Assembly (NCBI GenBank): GCA_964016885.1
Contig: OZ024743.1
Span: 1,674,001-1,738,000 of the forward strand
Source: Eledone cirrhosa
Taxonomy: Eukaryota
Length of the DNA: 64,000 bases
Reading direction: 5' to 3'
Part shown: piece after piece, positions 54,425 through 64,000 of the stretch
Position numbering within the stretch: the first letter of the stretch is position 1
Layout: every line of letters starts with the position of its first letter
Notes under the pieces: model-generated
Databases searched by the model: none
Told to the model about the DNA's origin: nothing
The model's input: only the letters and a program-made list of their open reading frames with translations
Position numbers and translations under genes: made by a program

Positions 54425-55990
54425 CTGGTGATGTTGCCAATCTTTTTATGGTATGGTGGGAAAGGAGACTCAAAGATCTCCTTGAAGAGAGCTCCATAGA
54501 CTTCTTCATGTACTCTCGTTACGTAGACGATATTAATATAGTAATAAGAACACCCCAACAAGAGAGTACTAACGAACATGATATAGAATATAGCATAATG
54601 GAAAGCATCCAGCAGATAGCTAACTCCATACACCAGAGTATAACTGAAACTGTTGACTACCCTTCCAAACACCCTAACAATAGACTACCAGTATATGACA
54701 CGGAACTTTGGATTAACTCTGTAGACGAGAGGGCCCAAATTCTCCACCCACACTATGCTAAACCCATGGCCTCCAAATACCTGATACTCAAAAACTCAGC
54801 AATGTCCAATAGTGCTAAGTTTAATATTCTGATCGCAGACTTGGTATGAGTGATGAAGAACGTGTCCCGCATGTGCGACCCAACAGAAATGGAAAGACAT
54901 ATCCAACACTTCATCAACCGCATGCAGTTCTCTGGCTACAACCAAAGAGACAGAATCAGAGTATACAAAGGAGCCACGGGGAAGTATAAAACCCTCATAG
55001 AACTAGACATGAAAGGAATTTGCCCATTATACAGGAGAAAATCATGGAATAGCTTAGATAGGACTAAACATAAGATAGGGAAAACCACCTCATGGTACGA
55101 CAACCAGAGATACCAGAGTGTCATGTTCGTGGATGCTACCCCTGGAGGAAAATTAGCTAACCAATGTAGAAAGGCCCTAAGAAAGACTCACTTAAAGATT
55201 AAAGTGGTAGAAAAGCCAGGAACTAGCATAAAATCCCCGATCAGCAAAACATACCCCTTTAAGAAAACCCACTGTACTAATAAGAAATGTGTTATATGTA
55301 AAGTAAACCTCCAGATAAACTGTAAAACTAGAAATGTAGTTTACAGCATAAGATGTACAGAGAGTACGTGCAGAAACATGACAACGATATACATAGCTGA
55401 GACAGCTCGTAGCATAGGTGAAAGGATAGACCAACACTGGGGGGAATTAAAAGGACAAAAAACGGTTCAGTACTATAGAAACACGCCAGACAACAACATG
55501 ACAGTAACATAGACAACATAGAAATTAAAATAATATCTAAACATAGAAATGACCCAACAGGTAGGCAAATCAGAGAAGCGAGCGAAATAGAGCTTAGAAA
55601 GCCAAAGGTAAACAGAAAAAATGAATGGAATAACAACAACCATACCCAAACAAACATTACTGACTTAAGAGAAATATAAATAAATAAATAAATAAATATA
55701 TACACAAGTACAATAACAACAAACATATAAACACACATTAATAAGATCGAAAACAAAAACCAAAACCAAAAACCAAAAACACATACACCCAAACGCTCCA
55801 AACGCTAACACACACCAAACACTATACACACACGCAAACGCATGCGCAGAGACGGAGACAAAAATAAATAAATAAAATAAATAGATAAAATAAAAATGGC
55901 GTAGACATTACAATACAAAACAATACAGTAGGAGGAAACATGATAATAGTACCACTGATGATGTTGCAGATGTGCAACGAAGAACTTTGT
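54425..55990 (+). mobile_element. 5'-truncated Penelope-like element of a different subgroup (RT RYVDD, GIY-YIG), disrupted; degenerate hammerhead at ~55952-55985
   Basis: YSRYVDD, MQFSGY, CKTRNVVYSIRC, IYIAETARSIGERIDQH; CTGATGA-TGTTGCA GATG TGCAAC-GAA. Confidence 0.85.
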
Positions 55991-56001
55991 TAGCCTATAT
56001 A

Positions 56002-57870
56002 TCTATTTATTAATTTCAAGAACGTCAGTATTCCGTGTGTCATAATTCTCGATTATTATTGGTTCATAGGTTTCAAACGACTCCGCCCACATCAACGACG
56101 CCAAACTGAAATTAATATGCATAATGCCAATGAGGGGGTGAGAGGGGAGAGTGTGAACGCTGTGTTCAATAACTATTAACATGTGTGCGTGTGTATATAC
56201 GTGCACGTATGTTTATGTGTGTGCGTGCGTGCACACACACACAGAAAGTAAAAACTACAACATGTGTGAGTGTGTGCATGTGTAAGTTTGCGTGCGTGTG
56301 CGCGTTTCCATGCGTGTTTGTGTGTGGCGTTCCACAATCGCCACGCAGTTTATCTGTCTGTGTGCCTGTCTGTCAGTCTAACATACACAGAGTTGTGAAG
56401 GGAGTAAATAGGGACCTTTCTTTAAATTGACGGACATCTTTTATATTTATTATTGCGTCATTTTTAATACACTATGTATATGTGTCAGTGTAGAGACGTG
56501 TGTGTGTGATGTGTGTGGAAATAAGAGGGGAAGGAAAGCAATAACTATTAACATGTATGCGTGTGTATGTACGTGCGCGTATGTTTATGTGTGTGTGCGT
56601 GCGTGCAGCGTTCCACAGAAAGTAAAAACTATCAACATGTGTGAGTGTATGCGTGTGCAAGTTTGCGTGCGTGTGCGCGTTTCCATGCGTGTATGTGTGT
56701 GGCGTTCCACAATCGTCATGCAGTTTATCTGTCTGTGTGCTTGTCTGTCAGTCTAACATACACAGAGTTGTGAAGGGAGTAAATAGGGACCTTTTTTTAC
56801 ATTGACAGACATCTTTTATATTTATTATTGTGTCATTTTTTGACAATTGCTCGAAATGAATACTGATAATAAAAACAATTCGACTTTATCAAACAGTGAA
56901 CTACAGCGGCGACGGCGTGCAGCCAGCAATGAAGAAAAACGGGCCGAACAGCGCCATTAGAACGCCGAACTTCAGAGGCGAAGACGTGCCGCCATGAATG
57001 ACGAGAAGCTGGCTGAACAACGCCAACGAAACACTGGAGCCAAGCATCGACGGCGTGCTGCGATGGTTGAAGACGAACTGGCTGAGCATCATCAGCAGAT
57101 GGCCAGAATTTAGCAGCAACGGCGTGCTGCGATGGCTGAAGAGGAGCTGGCTGAACAGCGCCAGCACAATACAGAAGTCCAGAGAATGTGTCGCCAAAGT
57201 GCTCCTCATTCCAGTAAAGAGGCCAGAAGGCGAACGAATGATATTAAAAATGAATCATGGCAACCGTGTCATTTTCAGATTGGTGGACAAGCAGAGTGTC
57301 CACATTGTGGAGCATTGCTTTGGAGGCACGAAAAGACGTGGACCACAATGTGCTGTCATAAAGGAGCAGTTCAACTAGAACCCTTACGAATGCCGGATGA
57401 TGAGGAGTCACCAGAGTTTAAAATACTAAGTATGTGGGGTGATCAAGGAGACCGAGGTAGATTACTGCGCAAATATTCGCGGCAAATTAACAATTCATTA
57501 GCTTTAGCATCGCAGAGAGTTAGTGAGATGTTTGAGAGTGGAGCATGACAACCGAATGTAGTCATTCAAGGCCGTTTGTATCATTGTATCGGTAATTTAG
57601 AAGTTACCCCAGGAGAGAGGCCTCGATTCGCTCAAATTTACGTTAACGATCCAGATTATAGTGAATCGGAGGAGGACATCAGGATCGGTTGGATGAAGTT
57701 GCCGGGAAATATAACTGAACTTGAACGGCAAAGGTTAAGTGATTTGATCCGTGATTTGCAATCATGGCTTAGGCAGTGTAATCCTTATGTTATGGATTTT
57801 ATGTTGGTGGCTGAACTGCAAAATGTTCAGCAGCAAACATTGGTGATTAAGGCTGACGCAGTGCCAAGGA
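56002..57870 (+). mobile_element. Helitron 5' part: ~370-bp tandem duplication, then RepHel N-terminus pseudogene (56857-57870) with 23-aa repeats and zinc-binding region
   Basis: ECPHCGALLWRHE...CCHKGAV, RQINNSLALAS, IQGRLYHCIGNL...PRFAQIYVNDP, NPYV; in-frame stops; candidate 5' TC at 56002. Confidence 0.85.
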
Positions 57871-57872
57871 AT

Positions 57873-58675
57873 ATACATACACACATACAAACACACACAC
57901 ACACACATATATACACATACACACACATATATATACACACACACGCACACACATATATATATATACACATACGCATACATCCAGATACACACAAACATAC
58001 ACACACACACAATACATACATCCACATGCACACACATACACACACACATATACACATACATACACCCACACACAGAGAAATGGCCTGCAAATATATATAT
58101 ATACATACATACACATATATTGTTTCCATAATATAAGAAGTTAGGGCAGTGAAATTAAAATACAAGTCATTCTGATCACATTGAGTTCTTCATGTAGATT
58201 GGGCCCCGCAACCGACAGTGGTGAATTCTGTGTGCGCATATATATATAGATATATGTGTGTGCACGTGCAGGGTTTAACATGGATGTGTGTGCACGTGCA
58301 GGGTTTAACATGGATGCGTTGACAGACCATGCCTTTGTGTGACCAACACATCCATGTTAAACCCTACACGTACACACACATATATCTATATATATATGCG
58401 CACACAAAATTCATCACTGTCGGTTGCGGGGCCCAATCTACATGAAGAACTCAATGTGATCAGAATGACTTGTATTTTAATTTCACTGCCCTAACTTCTT
58501 ATATTATGGAAACAATATATGTGTATCTGGATGTATGCGTATGTGTATATATATATGTGTGTGTGTGTGTGTATATATATGTGTGTGTATGTGTATATAT
58601 GTGTGTGTGTGTGTTTGTATGTGTGTATGTATATATATGTGTGTGTGTATGTGTGTATGTATGTGTGTATCTGGA

Positions 58676-58690
<15 letters not shown>
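57873..58690. repeat. Large foldback inverted repeat centred near 58320 that truncates the Helitron
   Basis: 58115-58295 is approximately the reverse complement of 58348-58522; the flanking microsatellite mosaics are also mirrored. Confidence 0.88.
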
Positions 58691-58738
<48 letters not shown>

Positions 58739-58839
58739 ATGTGCATATATGTGTGTGTGTATGTGTGTATGTATGTGTGTGTGTATGTATGTGTGTATAT
58801 GTATATATGTATATATATATATATATGTGTGTATATGTA

Positions 58840-58944
<105 letters not shown>

Positions 58945-59476
58945 GTATATGTATATGTATATGTATGTATGTGTGGATGAAGGTACGTGTGTATATATAG
59001 GTGTAAGTGCACTAAATCCCTTTCTATCAATCTCCCCTCTCCTACCGAGCACAGGAAGATATATGTATGTATATTGCTTCCACCCCCTCACTGACCAGCA
59101 GCTGGCTATCTGGCCATTGCTAAATTTGACCTTTATAAAATAACCCACACCCCCAAATAACTTCTCATTCACTACCAGAAGCAGTCAACGAGCTGCTACC
59201 AAGATGAAAACTACTATGAAATCCCACAATGAATTTTATACTTGAATTTTCAAATCTCAAATTTTAACTCTTCTTATTATTAATTTTTCTTAATATTAAT
59301 CAACATTTGAAAAGATGGCTTTTGCAGACCCATCGAAATCGGTCATTTTTTATACCCTTTATTATTTCCTTACCTTATAAAATTATATGTTTTTTCACAA
59401 AAAAGTATTCTGTCTCTTATATATTCCATGTGCCATTACCAACCTCAATTTTCTCTCTCTCTCTATATATATATAT

Positions 59477-60185
59477 ACTACCCGAATTACCCGCGCCTTG
59501 TTGCGTTTCACACATTTTTTTTGTAAGAAAATGATGATTGATTTTAAATCAGTGATATCATTTATAGAGAAACACTCTGCATTTCAATATTACTCAATGT
59601 AAAATGTAATGCATGAAAAATTAAAAAACATTATATGTAATCAAAATTACATTATTAAATCTTATTCTTATTTTGTTTCTTGTAAATAATTTTTTTCAAA
59701 ATATCAATTCAAAACTTGATCATTTCATTTTGTGTAAAGCATTATTTTCAAATTATAAATTCAAAGTTATTATTTATTTTTTAACATAATAAATACATGA
59801 AAATATATTTCATACTTTGTCCTAATGAAGAACTTCAGGGTAAACAACATTTCTTGTCTTTCTTTGATTGGCTAGAATGTAGAGATTTTTTGAAGTTCCA
59901 AGTCCTTGAAACAGCCACATAAAACATGCAATGACTGAAACATGGGTTTATCAGATCTATATCAATAGTTTTGAAAGTTTGACCTTGACTCTTATTGATG
60001 CTCATGACAAAACAAAGCCTCACTGGGAACTGCAACCTCTTAAATGTAAAAGGTAACTCGCTATCACTTGGTATAAGTGGAATCCTCGGAATGAGAAGAG
60101 CTTGACCTTTGTAAGCCCCGAATATAATGGTTGCTTCAATCAAGTTCTCATGCAATCTTGTTACAAGACATCTTGTTCCATTTAT
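59477..60185 (-). mobile_element. Helitron 3' part: Pif1 helicase C-terminus pseudogene and 3' terminus
   Basis: IPRIPL...FKRLQFPVRLCFVMSINKSQGQT...PCFSH..FYVAVSR; reverse complement ends GCGCGGGTAATTCGGGTAGT. Confidence 0.88.
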
Positions 60186-60479
60186 TGGCCAACATTTTCA
60201 CTATAGTGTCTTAATATTATTGAAATTTGCTGAGAATTTGTGAATAGGTGTCATATCTTGTCATTTACCTATGGTTTAAATTTCATATAAATCGAAATGA
60301 AAACATTTTCAGCGGGGGTTTGTGCCCCCGGGGAACCCTATGATTAAAATGAAATATACTTATCCAAGTACCCTGGGCAATGTAGTTTCAGAATATATAT
60401 GGTTATGGGATCTATCTCTAAAACCATAGGAGGAGTTCGTGAACAAAAAAACAAAAAAAAAAAACAGACAGGAACCACA

Positions 60480-60574
<95 letters not shown>

Positions 60575-61604
60575 TAAAATAACAGATTAAAGTTTAAGCA
60601 AAGAATCGCTGCTTTCACCCTTAACGGGATCTTCTGAAACTAACAAAGTCAATCTGTAAACGCAGAACTGGATATTTCAAAAACGTTGCAACCAGAGGAA
60701 GACAGGAAGGCGATACTCTGGTTCGTGGTAACATTCGCTGGCAAAGAACGGGAAAAAACGAATAATACGTCATTAATAGGAGCGGTGAAAAACAATTACG
60801 CGCAAAGACAAAACCACGTTTATGGTATAAAAGAGGTCGTAGACTAATGTTCTCTTAGGTGGTGCATAGAGACGTTCTCTGGCAATGAGCGAAAAAACGA
60901 AGATAATAAGTCATATGTGGAGCGTGGAGAACAATAGCACGCAAAGACAAAACCACGTAAATGGTATAGCAGAAATCGTAGACTAAAATTCTAACTAGGA
61001 GACCAAATGAATCTCCGCTACAGAGTTAAGAACAAAGTAAATAAATACAATACAGAAGTAATAGAAACATACACGCAAACAGATACGTACATACACAAGC
61101 ATACGCAAAACCTTACCATGGGTATACAAAACCACGCACATATAAATATGTGTGTGTGTGTATGCTTGTGTACAAATAAATAAATAATTATATAAACCTA
61201 TATAACTAAATAAATACGTATATAACAAGCGCACACGCATACCTACATATAAATACACGAATGTTCGGAGACGTAAGTCAACTAAAACAAGAAGTACACA
61301 TATACACCCACCCACCATACGTACGAACCTGCACACTCACGCGGACGCAAAACTCCCGTATACACATAGCCAAACCCTAAATACCAGAATATGTAAAAAT
61401 TATACGCTATAACAGTCAAATATACGTAGGAGAAGGTATACATACCTTCACAAAACATATATATATATATATGCAAAAGTTCTATTTAAATTGTTGGGAT
61501 ACAACAAGCAAATATTTTTTATAACTGATATAAAGCACTCAACAAGTATTTGGAGTAGATATACGATATTAACAAATGGAAACTATATTTATAAAACCAT
61601 ATTT

Positions 61605-61667
61605 ATTTCATTCTACATATTTCAAGGATACCAAGTTAAATTATGGTATGCCTTCATCAGACAAAAT
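61605..61667 (-). ncRNA. Hammerhead (homolog of 12653-12716), cleavage region degenerate
   Basis: Reverse complement TTTTGT-CTGATGA-AGGCATACCA...TGGTATCCTT-GAAATATGTAGAATGAAAT. Confidence 0.6.
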
Positions 61668-62768
61668 ACAATATATACCAGTTTTATAAATAAACATTGA
61701 CGTACCCTTTTTAAAATGCGACCGTTACTTTTGGAAGACATCATCTATCCTGATGTCATCCAAAAGTAATGGCAACATTGAGGACCGAGTAAGTTAGATC
61801 GCAGATATATATATATATAAAAGACAGCTAGAAGCGAAAACCAACCAAACAGTGAGTGTGTTCTGTTATTCATTCTGGCAATATTACGCAAATATGACCC
61901 TCCCCAAATATAACAATATATATATATATATATATCTAAATTAATAAAATAATGAATAAACAAAGAAACAGTTCCTTATATTAAAAAAATTCATCATTTT
62001 ACGATCGTTTCTAGGATATATATGTGTTAGAGTTGGTATGCATATTCTATAGATCTATGTACAATATTTATACAAACTATCAGAGGGAATATACATACCT
62101 ACACATATATATGCTGTCTTCAGAAATAATGATATTTGTTTATTGAAAAAAACAAAGATTCAATACAATAGGTCTGTTTGGGAACAGGTTTTGAATTGAC
62201 CAATAGAGAGATAGTGAGGGTCAGGATAGTAATATAGTAGTAGAATAACCTTAAATTATGGGTAGAGGAAGGTAGATTTCAGTTTTGGATGGAAAAGAAT
62301 ATTATGAATGAAGGATTATTTTAGGGAAGAAAATAGGTCGTATGCTGACCTCAGAAATAATTTTATTTGTTCCTTGAATAAAACCAACAAAGATCTAATA
62401 TATTCTGTCTGTTTGGTAAGAGGTTTAGAATTAACCAATAGAAAGTTAATAATTGGCCAAATGGTAAAATAGTAGTAATTGAAGCTTATTTTAGGGGTGA
62501 AAATAGGTCAGGTGGTCAGTAAAAGGTATACAAGCAGTTGCTGTTATAAAATAGTAATGTCAATGCAAATATCTAAGGAGACTAAAGTGTTAGTGAAAAA
62601 AAATACATCTATGAAAAGAATATAAATTAATTTAATTGATGGGTATATTTATATTGATAAAATTATACTAATACATATAGATATGATAAATAAGAGTTAG
62701 ATGCAGTTGAAAAGTGCTGTTAAAGATGAGGGGAAATTAAAAGAATATAAAAATAATATATATATATA

Positions 62769-62846
<78 letters not shown>

Positions 62847-63103
62847 TACACATACACACACACACATACACATATATATATATATACACATACATATATA
62901 TATATACATATACCTGCAAATATACATACATACATACATATATACACACACATACACATTTACATATACATATAATTATTGGGGGGGGGGGGGAATTAAA
63001 TTTATTAGTGAGAAATAATAAATATATTATTATCGTAAAATGATGAATTTTTTAATATAAGGAACTGTTTCTTTGTTTATTCATTATTTTATTAATTTAT
63101 CTT

Positions 63104-63751
63104 TCCTCAAAAACCAGTATGACTCTAAAAACCGGTTTGTCTGTGTGTTTACATACAGAATAGCTGGATACTCACAGTAAAGTAACCAGTGAAAGACTTG
63201 GTACATCTACATATGTATACGTGTGTGTATTCATATGCATACTAGTATTTCAGTATGCATATGTAGATGTACATTTTTAACTTAATTGTTTAAGCGTCAG
63301 TCATACAAAAGTGAGTTACAAACGAAACGAAATTTAATTTCGTTTCGTTATTTGTTTTTATCGTCTCCGTTGAACCGGTACGTACTCACACTCTATGCAA
63401 ATTAGTCTGCCCACTACTAATTTTCATAGAAAAAGCATATAACGATATGTGATTTTACGATTCTCCAGAAAGGCCGGTAGATAGGTAAATATTGCTGATG
63501 AGTTGTAACAACAACGAAACTAGTTCAATATTCCTTGTCTGGCTTTCTGGAGAATAGAGGAAAGGTGTTTCCTCAAAAACCAGTATGACTCTAAAAACCG
63601 GTTTGTCTGTGTGTTTACATACAGAATAGCTGGATACTCACAGTAAAGTAACCAGTGAAAGACTTGGTACATCTACATATGTATACGTGTGTGTATTCAT
63701 ATGCATACTAGTATTTCAGTATGCATATGTAGATGTACATTTTTAACTTAA
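63104..63751 (+). mobile_element. Diverged family A retrozyme-like array (466-bp unit, 1.4 copies) inserted into a Penelope terminal repeat
   Basis: Homologous to 6269-7367; TTATCTT at 63097-63103 and 63752-63758; uninterrupted homologous target at ~40855-41030. Confidence 0.85.
63488..63532 (+). ncRNA. Type I hammerhead (diverged family A)
   Basis: AATATTG-CTGATGA-GTTG TAACAA CAAC-GAAA-CTAG-TT-CAATATT; compensatory stem II change versus 6567. Confidence 0.88.
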
Positions 63752-63886
63752 TTATCTTGACTCTGTTTTCCGTTTATTTTTCACCGAAAATAGTTTTTGA
63801 ATGCATCCTCTCTTTTCATGATATCCGGATTACATTGAGTTCTTCATACGGATTGGACACTACCGTAAACTTTTGGTAGATTTATC

Positions 63887-63963
<77 letters not shown>

Positions 63964-64000
63964 AGATATATATCAAGATATATATATATATATATATATA

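Overview
AT-rich, repeat-saturated animal genomic DNA. The SINE families and the extreme (TA)n/(CA)n/(TACA)n/(GATA)n density suggest an octopod cephalopod; this is an inference. I find no recognisable host protein-coding gene, and most short ORFs in the track are microsatellite translations. Mobile elements include a near full-length but frameshifted L1/Tx1-clade LINE with truncated relatives stacked in an (ATCT)n tract, about seven Penelope-like (GIY-YIG) fragments, RTE and R4/Dong-like LINE fragments, Helitron Rep and Pif1 fragments, a decayed IS630/Tc1-type transposon, hAT and Tc1 MITEs and many tRNA-derived SINEs. The main hidden signal is RNA. I count about 23 type I hammerhead ribozyme motifs by eye. 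Ten of them lie in non-coding tandem arrays of 466-520 bp units (retrozyme-like; 6.3-10.5 kb and 63.1-63.75 kb). In these units, and in two divergent solo relatives, the hammerhead is preceded by a fixed-spacing snRNA/U6-like promoter module: ATGCAAAT octamer, 33-35 nt, TATA-like box, 21 nt, then the start of the structured RNA (the octamer is lost in one solo copy). Stem covariation, 5' inversions and one insertion with a target-site duplication suggest a self-transcribing, Penelope-mobilised ribozyme element. Coordinates were read manually and may be off by a few bases.
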